A stretch of 64,000 nucleotides of DNA. Source: Flavobacteriales bacterium (lineage in GTDB: Bacteria > Bacteroidota > Bacteroidia > Palsa-965). The first letter of the stretch is position 1. Each line of letters starts with the position of its first letter. The translations under genes were made by a program, and so were the position numbers. Location of the stretch: positions 64,001-128,000 of the forward strand of contig JBEIPA010000003.1 of NCBI GenBank assembly GCA_040377305.1, written 5' to 3'. This document shows positions 11,003 to 20,176 of this stretch, in pieces. The notes beneath the pieces are model-generated. The model did not search any database. It worked only from the letters and a program-made list of their open reading frames with translations, and was not told the origin of the DNA.

Positions 11003-11884
11003 ATGAAGAATAGCCCAATCTCAAAGTCACTATTGAAATTACTTCCAGGAATCGCAATTATTGTGGGTTCAGTGGTAACAAACGTGTGTTTTACTTCTTG
11101 CGGTGATGGAGGTAGCTCAGATTCAACTGCGGTTGTATCAACAGATGCGGCTACTAAGGAAGACCTGATGAAAATTGTTGAAGGCGGTTGGGTAAACGTC
11201 AACTATGAAGAAGCCTTGATGCGTGTTCATTCACCCATGTTCGCCGCGGAAGCGGGTCGTCCGGTACAGGAATTGATGTTCGATCTGGCGAGAATGAAAG
11301 GCGATACGTTGTTCAATGGAACTGGTCGTTTGAATTACCTCGACGGAGAACGCTTCGATGTTGTATTCGTTTCTGAAAATGGGAATACGGTGATGAAGAT
11401 ATACGAAGGACCAGGATTGGATGCTACTGACCCAACTACACTCACATACAGAATTCAGGATGGTGACACCATGTTATGCGTTGTGAAGAAAGCAATCAAT
11501 GATTCTATCTGGTACCGTCGCGCATTTCACAAAGCACCTCAGAAATCAGGAGTTGCGCAGAACGCATTGGAGCATTTTGTGAATCAGTCTTTGTTCGCCG
11601 GAGAATGGAAAGCAACGGATGGCACAACTGTGACGTTTACTGCAGATGGTAAAGTTTCCGGTTGGGCAAGATGGACGTGGTTCAGTGTTGAGATTGACAA
11701 GTACGGATCAGATATTCAACCCGATGTAATGTCGGCATACAACGACAAGATGGGTGCAACGTACGTGTACACACTTGACAATGATCGTCTCAGTATTTAC
11801 GAGTACGATTCAAATTCCGATGATGGAATGTGGACGAGAGGAAAGTTGGTGATTGAGCTGATCAAGAAACACGTCGTTCAGTAA
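11003..11884 (+). CDS. Hypothetical lipoprotein
   Basis: Start reassigned to ATG 11003; lipobox CFTSC, low-complexity linker, beta-rich body. Confidence 0.7.
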   Translation: MKNSPISKSLLKLLPGIAIIVGSVVTNVCFTSCGDGGSSDSTAVVSTDAATKEDLMKIVEGGWVNVNYEEALMRVHSPMFAAEAGRPVQELMFDLARMKGDTLFNGTGRLNYLDGERFDVVFVSENGNTVMKIYEGPGLDATDPTTLTYRIQDGDTMLCVVKKAINDSIWYRRAFHKAPQKSGVAQNALEHFVNQSLFAGEWKATDGTTVTFTADGKVSGWARWTWFSVEIDKYGSDIQPDVMSAYNDKMGATYVYTLDNDRLSIYEYDSNSDDGMWTRGKLVIELIKKHVVQ

Positions 11885-12360
11885 ATCTTCCTGAGTTTTT
11901 CTGCAATCTCCAGCACCGCGGGACAAACCATCGTGTTTCGAAAGGTGAGATCCATGATCTGCACCATTTTCTTGCGATTCGTATGCGGATATTCTCTGCA
12001 CGCAGCAGGACGACCTTCGTAAATTGAACAATAGTTATCGCTTCCCAGAAACGCGCAAGGAGCTTCGTTCAAAACAAAATCTCCGTCTTCATCCATGTGC
12101 AAATACTTCTGAAGAAATGCACTAGGCGTAATTCCCAGATGCTTCGCTGCACGTTCAAGATCTTTCTGATAGAAGATGGGTGAAGTAGTCTTGCAACAGT
12201 TCGCGCAGGTGAGACAATCAATTTTCTCAAACGCTTCATCGTGGAATTGATGAACGTGTTTGTCGAGATCTTTCGGTTTCGTGCGCTTCAGTTTCGCGAA
12301 GAGTTTTTTGTTTTTCTCTTCGGATGCTTTGGCATTTTTTACGAATTCGTTCAGATCCAC
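11878..12360 (-). CDS. YkgJ/UPF0153 family cysteine-cluster (CxxCxxCC) protein
   Basis: CLTCANCC, PCAFL...CSIYEGRP.ACR.YP; probable GTG start at 12360 below TATATTTG, which removes the overlap with the divergent gene. Confidence 0.9.
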   Translation of the reverse strand: MDLNEFVKNAKASEEKNKKLFAKLKRTKPKDLDKHVHQFHDEAFEKIDCLTCANCCKTTSPIFYQKDLERAAKHLGITPSAFLQKYLHMDEDGDFVLNEAPCAFLGSDNYCSIYEGRPAACREYPHTNRKKMVQIMDLTFRNTMVCPAVLEIAEKLRKIY

Positions 12361-12397
12361 ATGCAAATATACTTCACTGTCTGCCATATCTTTCGGT

Positions 12398-12931
12398 ATG
12401 AAAGCAATTGTATTAGCTGTAAGTCTACTTTCTTTATCCTGTGGCATGGCCGAGAGTTCATCGCTTGGTTCTAATGACAATCAGGGTGAGGACACTGTTA
12501 CAATCGTCCAACCGGAAACCTGGATTTACTTTTCGCAGTCGACATTTGTGAATAGCAACTTTCTTAGTGGAATAAAGACTCCTCACGTAAAGCGAAAGCT
12601 TGATGCAGATGAAAACCTGTTTTTAGATAGTATCGTCGCCGGTCATTTTAATCCACCGCTAGACACTAATCCGCAACCAAAGGTGGGCTGTTATTGGCCG
12701 AAGCACGCGATACAAATCTTCACGAGGAACTCCACTTCCGCAATAAACATTTGCTTTGAATGCAATAGTACGCGCTCATCCGATGGTTCTCTGAGTAAAG
12801 TGCCAATGAAGGCATGGGAGGTGTTCTTTCAGCGATTAGGAATTCCGGTACGAACGGGTTACCCAGAATTTTTTGCCAGAGCTCGAAATGACTCAACCTT
12901 TCGAACGCAAAATGGAGTCTTCCAGTTCTGA
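12398..12931 (+). CDS. Hypothetical lipoprotein
   Basis: Start reassigned to ATG 12398; lipobox LSLSC; CYWPKHAI...ICFEC motif. Confidence 0.65.
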   Translation: MKAIVLAVSLLSLSCGMAESSSLGSNDNQGEDTVTIVQPETWIYFSQSTFVNSNFLSGIKTPHVKRKLDADENLFLDSIVAGHFNPPLDTNPQPKVGCYWPKHAIQIFTRNSTSAINICFECNSTRSSDGSLSKVPMKAWEVFFQRLGIPVRTGYPEFFARARNDSTFRTQNGVFQF

Positions 12932-12985
12932 GGGAATGGTTTTCACAGTTGAATTCCTTAAATTGCATTAAGCAAACTCAACACA

Positions 12986-15334
12986 ATGAAGCATCTTCTA
13001 CTTCTTTCAGCAGCCGTTCTTGCATTCGATGTCGCGAACGCGCAAACGGGATTCACCGAAAACCTCGGTCAATTCAAGAATCAGGAAGGAAAACCGGCGG
13101 ATAATGTGCTTTTCAAAGCGAGTGGAACAGGTCCCGGAATTTTCATCACCACAAATGGGTTGACGTACTTGTTCGAACAAAAGAGAGATGAGCTTGTGGT
13201 AGATCGCGATGAAGTGACTACTTCTACGATTGATTGGTCAGCCATACACATGAATCTGATCGGAGCAGATATTCGCAAAGAGAATGTGGTGATGGAAGAT
13301 GAGTTGATGGGCGTGAAGAACTACTACTATGCGCATTGTCCGAATGGAATTCTTGGCGTGAAGTCGTATCACAAAATCACAATCAAAGAAATTTATCCGG
13401 GAATTGATTGGATCATCATGGCCGATGACGTGAATGGAGTTGCACACGACTTTCTGGTTCATCCAAATGGAAATCATCAGATGATCCGAATGAATTACAC
13501 CGGATTGACTGCACCGATTTCAATGAATGAAGAAAATGAATTGACGCTTGTCTCGAAATACGGCACGATGTACGAAGGCGGATTGAAAGTCTTCATGGAC
13601 CATTCTGAAACTCCGATTCCTGCTTACTTCAATATCAAAGGAACGGAAGTCAATTATTTCATCGCGCGCAGAGGTTCTGGCAAAATGCTCATCGATCCTC
13701 CGTTGCAGTGGGACACAACAATGGCAAGTTCAGGAATGGACTATGGCTCTGGTGTTGCTGCTTGTCGCGATCAAAGCTATGATGTGTTGGGTTGCGGTTA
13801 TACAGACGGATCAGATTTTCCAATCATGAATGCCACGCAAGGCACTTTGTCGGGACAAGAAGACGCAGTTGTGTATCGACTGGATGCAAGCGGCAATCGT
13901 TTGTGGTCCACTTACTTTGGTGGTACTGATATAGACAACGCGAAAGGCATTGCAACCGATGTGAATGGAAACGCATATGTCGTGGGTCACACGAACTCAC
14001 AGGACTTACCAGTTTTGCTATCGTCGCAACCGAATTATGGGGGTGGCAATTACGATGCGTTTGTCGCAAAGTTTAATTCTTCAGGAATAAAAGTTTGGGC
14101 GAGCTGGCGTGGAGGCACAGGTGCAGATTTCGCCACCGCAATTGACTGTGATAATAGCGGAACGTGTTACGTAGTTGGTTACACCAATACAACAGTGAAT
14201 TTCCCGTTACTGAATCCAATTCAGGCAACGAAGTCAGGAGCGGCTGGAATTTATGACGGCTTTATCATGAGTTTCTCGTCCGCGCAAACGATGTTCTGGT
14301 CGACATACTATGGCGGCACTGATGAGGATAAATTCCGAGCAGTTGATGTGGAGCCAGGGGGTGGAGCAATTGCGATTGCCGGAAATACGATGTCAGGAAA
14401 TTTTCCAACAGCGGGAAATCCATTTCAGCTTCTGAATGCACAAGCATGGTTTACCTCTGATGCTGTGATAATTCAGATGACTGCGAGTCAGGTTGTGAAC
14501 TTTGCTGGATATTGCGGGGGCTATGAAGATGACGTTGCTTACGGTGTGACATTCGGAGAAAATGGAAATATTTATGCGACTGGAAGTACGATTTCACTTG
14601 ATTTTCCGAAAGTAGTTTTAGCGGGTGCATACAATGACACTTCTCAAAATGCAATCGGAGTGAGTGATGCCTTTGTTATTAAGTGCAACGGATACGGCAC
14701 GACTTTGTTCTGGTCGTCATATTTCGGTGGTACAGGAACGGATTACGGATACGGAATTGGTTACGATCAGTTTGTTGGTGTGTACGTGTGTGGCAATACG
14801 GCGTCAACAGATTTTCCGCTGCAGATTCCATTGGACAATAATTATTATCAGCCTGTTCACGGCGACGGTGGTAACTACAACGATTGCTGGATGGCATGGT
14901 TCGATGTCAATCAAAATCTCGCGTGGTCTACATATTACGGCTTCGCAAATTCAGAAGAAGCTTACGATCTCGACATTAGTCTTGTCGGTGACATTTACGT
15001 CACAGGTGTAAATTTCAACGACATCTTCATGGCGAAGTTTAATTCAGCCCTACCAACTGCTATTCCTTGCTGTGACAACGGTCCGTGGACAACTACACTT
15101 TGGCCTGTTCCAAGTACCGAGGTGCTCAACTTGATTTTCAGATGCGAAACTGACCAGTTGGCAATCATTGAGATATGGGATGTACAGGGAAGAACGGTTT
15201 TCTCTGAAATGTTCAATGCTTCAGCAGACAGAAACGACATGCAGATTGATATTTCTCAGTTCAATCGTGGCTTGTATTTCATGAAGCTTCATAAAGATGG
15301 AGAACAAGAAGTAATGAGATTTGTTAAGAATTGA
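12986..15334 (+). CDS. SBBP-repeat beta-propeller protein with T9SS sorting domain
   Basis: FTENLGQ N-terminal domain, IDP linker, repeated WSTY.GG..D...(A/G)...D..GN.YV.G.T.S.DFP units, C-terminal LWPVP...GLYFMK. Confidence 0.88.
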   Translation: MKHLLLLSAAVLAFDVANAQTGFTENLGQFKNQEGKPADNVLFKASGTGPGIFITTNGLTYLFEQKRDELVVDRDEVTTSTIDWSAIHMNLIGADIRKENVVMEDELMGVKNYYYAHCPNGILGVKSYHKITIKEIYPGIDWIIMADDVNGVAHDFLVHPNGNHQMIRMNYTGLTAPISMNEENELTLVSKYGTMYEGGLKVFMDHSETPIPAYFNIKGTEVNYFIARRGSGKMLIDPPLQWDTTMASSGMDYGSGVAACRDQSYDVLGCGYTDGSDFPIMNATQGTLSGQEDAVVYRLDASGNRLWSTYFGGTDIDNAKGIATDVNGNAYVVGHTNSQDLPVLLSSQPNYGGGNYDAFVAKFNSSGIKVWASWRGGTGADFATAIDCDNSGTCYVVGYTNTTVNFPLLNPIQATKSGAAGIYDGFIMSFSSAQTMFWSTYYGGTDEDKFRAVDVEPGGGAIAIAGNTMSGNFPTAGNPFQLLNAQAWFTSDAVIIQMTASQVVNFAGYCGGYEDDVAYGVTFGENGNIYATGSTISLDFPKVVLAGAYNDTSQNAIGVSDAFVIKCNGYGTTLFWSSYFGGTGTDYGYGIGYDQFVGVYVCGNTASTDFPLQIPLDNNYYQPVHGDGGNYNDCWMAWFDVNQNLAWSTYYGFANSEEAYDLDISLVGDIYVTGVNFNDIFMAKFNSALPTAIPCCDNGPWTTTLWPVPSTEVLNLIFRCETDQLAIIEIWDVQGRTVFSEMFNASADRNDMQIDISQFNRGLYFMKLHKDGEQEVMRFVKN

Positions 15335-15870
15335 TGAGCCGAAAAGTCGTTCACGAATTCAGATGTCAGCAACCTCTTTCTTCATTCACGAAGACGGAGG
15401 AAGGAGACTATTGCGGTGAATGCAAAACGGTGATTATCGATTTTTCGGAGAAGACCAACAGCGAAATCATCGACATTCTGAAAGCGAACAACGGAAGCGT
15501 TTGCGGTTCTGTTCTCAGAGGTCAGTTGGAGGAATCACAGGAATCGTGTTTCGGATTCCGTAACAAAGTAGCTCTGACGGGTCTTGCTGCACTTCTCGGA
15601 ATCGGGAATGAATCTATGAGTGCACAATCTAATGAGGAAGTGAGAACAGAAATTGTTTCTCAGACCAATATTGATTCTTCGCGGACGTCGACTAACGTAG
15701 AGTCCACGTTTGTTCAACCACCAATTGAAACTCCTGAGAAGCCCGAGAAGAAAAAGAAGGAAAGGAAACGAAAAATATTTCTAAGGATTGGTTCAATTTC
15801 GTTCTATACGCAGAATGTGTTTCCGTTTATTGGGGTAAGAAGAATTGTGATGGGAAAAATGAAGTACTGA
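15334..15870 (+). CDS. Hypothetical protein with N-terminal Cys-rich domain
   Basis: C...GDYCGEC.T.IIDF....EI...VCG followed by a hydrophobic segment; TGATG overlap with the upstream stop. Confidence 0.6.
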   Translation: MSRKVVHEFRCQQPLSSFTKTEEGDYCGECKTVIIDFSEKTNSEIIDILKANNGSVCGSVLRGQLEESQESCFGFRNKVALTGLAALLGIGNESMSAQSNEEVRTEIVSQTNIDSSRTSTNVESTFVQPPIETPEKPEKKKKERKRKIFLRIGSISFYTQNVFPFIGVRRIVMGKMKY

Positions 15871-15871
15871 G

Positions 15872-16585
15872 CTACTTACTATTTGCCCGAACCACTTCTT
15901 TTACCACCGGAAAAATTTCCTTTTCCCATGCCGCATATCCTTTATCAGAAGGATGAAGATTATCGGCACTGATTAGCCAAGGATCATTTTTCACGTTCTG
16001 CGAAACAGCGAAGATGTCAACACAGCGCAATCCTCGTGCAGTCGCTTCGGCTTTGATGATTTCATTGAACGATTGCAATCCTGCACTAATATTTCTGCCA
16101 TTCGCATAGATCGGGCCCGATTTCGTAAGGCCAAAATCAGGCACAGTCAGCATCACAATATTTGTTTTTACTTTCAACGTAGTTTGGATCGTGTCAAGAA
16201 TGTAACGTAGGTTTTTTGTAAACGTTGCAGAATCGTACCCTACATTCCAGTCGTTCGTTCCAATGCAAATCGTGACAAAATCGGGTTTCGTTTCGAAGAA
16301 CACCGGCAGCTCATAATTAATGAGATCGCGACAAGTGAACCCATTTCTCGCCGGATTGTCAACCATACTAAAATTGAACCCGGAATCGACCATGTGTTTC
16401 GTCAGCAGCTCCGGCCAGGAATTTCCCGCTGTTGCACCGGATCCGATGGTATACGAATCGCCCAATGGGAGGTACTTGATTTCTTTCGCGACTGTCTTGT
16501 TACTGTCTGAATTCATACAGGATAATGAAACGCTCATCACAAGCAAAGCGACTACAAATCTGATTGCCATAGCGGGATAGTTCAT
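15872..16585 (-). CDS. SGNH/GDSL hydrolase (lipoprotein)
   Basis: LGDSYT, GTND, DNLHP catalytic blocks; lipobox SLSC. Confidence 0.92.
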   Translation of the reverse strand: MNYPAMAIRFVVALLVMSVSLSCMNSDSNKTVAKEIKYLPLGDSYTIGSGATAGNSWPELLTKHMVDSGFNFSMVDNPARNGFTCRDLINYELPVFFETKPDFVTICIGTNDWNVGYDSATFTKNLRYILDTIQTTLKVKTNIVMLTVPDFGLTKSGPIYANGRNISAGLQSFNEIIKAEATARGLRCVDIFAVSQNVKNDPWLISADNLHPSDKGYAAWEKEIFPVVKEVVRANSK

Positions 16586-16624
16586 GCTAAATTCTCAATT
16601 ATCTGTGAAATGTACGCGGTAACT

Positions 16625-16756
16625 GGAATAGGGGATTGGGGAATAGGGGATTTGGTCTTGGAAATTCGGGATTTGAGGGGTGATTTTCAGGCGCTTCATT
16701 GTTTTTTCCCTCCAATCGCGGTAAACGCAACCCCTAATTCTCCAATGTCCTAATCC
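16625..16756. repeat. Inverted pair of 8-mer repeat tracts between divergent genes
   Basis: ggaataggggattggggaataggggattt ... cccctaattctccaatgtcctaatcc. Confidence 0.6.
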
Positions 16757-16841
16757 GTCTTTTCATTACCCAAAAGCTCGATTTTCTTCTTAATTTCGCG
16801 TGCCTCGCAAATGGGGCCAATCACCGCTAAATTATCATTCC

Positions 16842-18389
16842 ATGAAAGTTGGAGTACCATCTGAAGTATCATCAGGCGAATTAAGAGTTGCAGCAACTCC
16901 TAAAACCGTAAAGCGTTTGCTGAAGCAAGGCTTTGAAGTTTACATTCAGCATAACGCCGGTGTCAAAGCAAATTATTCTGACAAAGAATTTGAAGAGGCG
17001 GGAGCTAAAATAGTTCCGGCCGCTTCTGATATCTATGGCAACATGGATATCGTTCTGAAAGTAAAAGAACCAACTGCCGAAGAAGTCGGTATGATGAAAG
17101 AAGGTTTGGTTTTGTTAAGCTATTTATGGCCGGCACAAAACCAGGACCTCTTACAAAAGTTGGCCGATAAAAAAGTGAATGCCGTGGCAATGGATGCCAT
17201 TCCGCGGATTTCACGCGCACAGAAAATGGATGTCTTGTCGTCAATGGCAAACATCGCAGGATATCGTGCAGTGATTGAAGGATCTTATCACTTCGGACGC
17301 TTTTTAAACGGACAGATTACTGCCGCAGGAAAAGTAGAACCTGCGAAAGTGCTGGTGATTGGTGCCGGTGTAGCGGGACTCGCTTCCATTGGCGCTGCAA
17401 ATTCACTCGGTGCAATTGTAAGAGCATTCGATACGCGTAAGGAAGTTGCCGAACAAATTGAATCGATGGGCGCAAGTTTCCTCACGGTAGAAATTAATGA
17501 AGACGGCGCAACTGCTTCGGGTTACTCAAAAGAAATGAGTAAGGAGTTCATCGAAGCAGAGATGAAATTATTCCTCGAACAGGCGAAGGAAGTTGATATT
17601 GTAATTACAACGGCACAAATCCCTGGACGACCTGCTCCGAAATTGTGGCTCGACTATCACGTTGAGGCAATGAAGCCGGGCTCAGTTGTGGTCGATCTTG
17701 CTGCGTCAACCGGAGGTAACTGTGCATTCACGAAGAATGGTGAAATATTCACGACGCCGAATGGTGTGACCATCGTTGGTAAACTCAGTCAGTTGCCAAC
17801 TCAGGCATCTCAGCTCTACGGAAACAACCTCTGTCATTTATTGGATGACATGGGAAAGGCGGAGAAATTCAAAATTGACATGGAAGATGCTGTTGTGTCA
17901 CGCGCAATGGTAACGTATAATGGAAAGATCAATTGGCCTCCGGCTCCGTTACAGGTAAGCCCGACCGCTGGTGGCGGTGCTAAAAAAGTTGCCGCACCAA
18001 CTCCAGAAGAAACTCAAAAGACAGCTGCAGAAGCCGCTAAGAAGAAAGCCACATCAACAATCATTTCTATGGCTGTTCTTGGAGGGTTGTTATTGCTCGT
18101 TGGCGCATTTGCTCCTGCGGAATTCATCCAGCACTTCACAGTGTTTGTATTGGCAATTTTTATTGGCTGGCAGGTAATCAGTCACGTTGCGCACTCACTG
18201 CACACGCCACTTATGGCGGTTACGAATGCCATCAGTGGTATCATCGTAACAGGTGGATTGCTGCAGACGAAAAATGATCCGTCTAACATCATGACCATTC
18301 TTGCGACTGTTGCAATTCTGGTAGCCAGCATTAATATTGTTGGTGGTTTCGTTGTTACTCACCGCATGTTGAAAATGTTCCATAAATAA
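16842..18389 (+). CDS. pntA: NAD(P) transhydrogenase subunit alpha (single-chain)
   Basis: [59 protein letters not shown]. Confidence 0.97.
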   Translation: MKVGVPSEVSSGELRVAATPKTVKRLLKQGFEVYIQHNAGVKANYSDKEFEEAGAKIVPAASDIYGNMDIVLKVKEPTAEEVGMMKEGLVLLSYLWPAQNQDLLQKLADKKVNAVAMDAIPRISRAQKMDVLSSMANIAGYRAVIEGSYHFGRFLNGQITAAGKVEPAKVLVIGAGVAGLASIGAANSLGAIVRAFDTRKEVAEQIESMGASFLTVEINEDGATASGYSKEMSKEFIEAEMKLFLEQAKEVDIVITTAQIPGRPAPKLWLDYHVEAMKPGSVVVDLAASTGGNCAFTKNGEIFTTPNGVTIVGKLSQLPTQASQLYGNNLCHLLDDMGKAEKFKIDMEDAVVSRAMVTYNGKINWPPAPLQVSPTAGGGAKKVAAPTPEETQKTAAEAAKKKATSTIISMAVLGGLLLLVGAFAPAEFIQHFTVFVLAIFIGWQVISHVAHSLHTPLMAVTNAISGIIVTGGLLQTKNDPSNIMTILATVAILVASINIVGGFVVTHRMLKMFHK

Positions 18390-18391
18390 GA

Positions 18392-19792
18392 ATGCATATG
18401 TTTATCGCCAAGGAAATACAAACAGCAGCATACTTATTCGCAAGTATTCTGTTCATTTTAAGTCTCAGCGGATTGTCTTCGCAGGAGTCTGCTAAGCGCG
18501 GTGTTCTTTTCGGAATTGTCGGAATGGTCATCGCGATTTTCGCAACCGTTTTGGGAGAAGGAGTTGAGGGACAGATTTTCATCGTTTCCGCAATTGCAGT
18601 CGCATCTGTTATTGGAATAATGGTTGCGCGGAAAGTGGAAATGACAGGCATGCCGCAATTGGTGGCTATCCTTCACAGCTTCGTAGGATTAGCAGCTGTA
18701 CTGGTTGGTATCGGTTCTTACCTCGATCCTGAAACACAAAAACTCACTGGTGCAGCACACACCATTCACCTCGTTGAAGTCTTCGTCGGAATTTTTATCG
18801 GAGCAATTACATTCACGGGTTCAATCATTGCGTGGGGGAAACTCGACGGCAAAGTACCTTCCAAACCATGGAGCTTCGCGGGACTTCAACTGATGAATTT
18901 GATTCTGCTTCTCGCTTGCGTGGCTTGTGGAATATTCTTTTGCCAGGCGGAAGGAACAGGCGGTTTGCTCTATCTGTGGATCATGTTAGCTATAGCTTCA
19001 TTCATTGGTATTGTGCTCGTGATGGCAATTGGCGGCGGAGATATGCCGGTAGTGGTTTCCATGCTGAACTCTTATTCCGGTTGGGCAGCAGCTGCAGCAG
19101 GATTTATGTTGAGCAACGACTTGTTGATTGTTACCGGAGCATTAGTAGGAAGCTCGGGTGCAATTCTTTCTATGCACATGTGTCACGCAATGAACCGTTC
19201 GTTCTTCTCGGTTATTTTCGCAAGTGCCAGTCTTGGGCCTAAAGGCGAGAAAAAAGCAATTGAAGGAGAAGTTACCGCGTTGAATCATGAAGAGGTTGCA
19301 ACGCTTCTCAAGGAAGCAAAATCAGTTGTGATCGTTCCGGGCTACGGGATGGCTGTTGCAAAAGCACAATTCCCGATTTACGATCTGGTGCAAACATTAC
19401 GCAAGGCAAACAAAAATGTACGCTTCGCGATACACCCGGTTGCAGGTCGTTTACCTGGACACATGAACGTGTTGTTGGCAGAAGCAAACGTGCCTTATGA
19501 TATCGTGATGGAAATGGACGAGATCAACGACGACATGCCGGATACAGATGTGGTAATGGTAATCGGCGCGAACGACGTTGTAAATCCAAGCGCACAAGAC
19601 GATCCTGCAAGTTCTATTTACGGTATGCCGGTCATTGAAGCGTGGAAAGCAGAGAAAGTAATTATCATGAAGCGCTCCATGTCGGCAGGTTACTCTGGCG
19701 AAGACAATCCACTCTTTTACAAACCGAACTCCGAGATGTTGTACGGTGATGCGAAGACGAGTGTGGAGAAGATTTTATCTTATCTGAAGTAA
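18392..19792 (+). CDS. pntB: NAD(P) transhydrogenase subunit beta
   Basis: [59 protein letters not shown]. Confidence 0.97.
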   Translation: MHMFIAKEIQTAAYLFASILFILSLSGLSSQESAKRGVLFGIVGMVIAIFATVLGEGVEGQIFIVSAIAVASVIGIMVARKVEMTGMPQLVAILHSFVGLAAVLVGIGSYLDPETQKLTGAAHTIHLVEVFVGIFIGAITFTGSIIAWGKLDGKVPSKPWSFAGLQLMNLILLLACVACGIFFCQAEGTGGLLYLWIMLAIASFIGIVLVMAIGGGDMPVVVSMLNSYSGWAAAAAGFMLSNDLLIVTGALVGSSGAILSMHMCHAMNRSFFSVIFASASLGPKGEKKAIEGEVTALNHEEVATLLKEAKSVVIVPGYGMAVAKAQFPIYDLVQTLRKANKNVRFAIHPVAGRLPGHMNVLLAEANVPYDIVMEMDEINDDMPDTDVVMVIGANDVVNPSAQDDPASSIYGMPVIEAWKAEKVIIMKRSMSAGYSGEDNPLFYKPNSEMLYGDAKTSVEKILSYLK

Positions 19793-19819
19793 TTCGGGAT
19801 TTGAAAATTTGAAGATTGA

Positions 19820-19855
19820 AAAAATCCCGCTGTTGTAACGATGGCGGGATTTTTC
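19820..19855 (+). terminator. Intrinsic terminator after pntAB
   Basis: AAAAATCCCGC-tgttgtaacgatg-GCGGGATTTTT. Confidence 0.8.
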
Positions 19856-19863
19856 TTTGCGGT

Positions 19864-20160
19864 CCTTTGCGCCTCTGCGCCTTTGTAGTTATTGACCACG
19901 AAGATTCAGGCTCTCACAACAAAGCCACGATCTCGGTTCTCAATTTCTTTACCCGCGGGATGACGCCCACGCGGCTGAAGAAAATCTCGATACAAGCTGA
20001 AGTTGGTTTGTTTTCAATCTGCGTAATCTGCGAATCTGCGGCAAATTATTTTGGTCTCGATCTGGCTTCTCAGAAAATCTGTGTCTTTTCTGCACCATCC
20101 GTTTTTTTCTGTGTTCCTTTTTTGCACGAAAATTGTCTTGGCGTTTTGGCGTCTTGGCGG
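19864..20160. repeat. Patchwork of short tandem repeat tracts
   Basis: ctttgcgc ctctgcgc ctttg; atctgcgta atctgcga atctgcgg; cttggcgt tttggcgt cttggcgg. Confidence 0.65.
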
Positions 20161-20176
20161 TGGAAATTCCAAACTA

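Noticed and set aside
10958-11057. Overlap between the 965-aa and 308-aa ORFs
   Set aside because: Signal peptides indicate true starts at 10958 (minus) and 11003 (plus).
11878-12931. Long antiparallel overlap of two genes as given in the ORF track
   Set aside because: It disappears when starts are placed at GTG 12360 and ATG 12398, both supported by promoter motifs and a lipobox.
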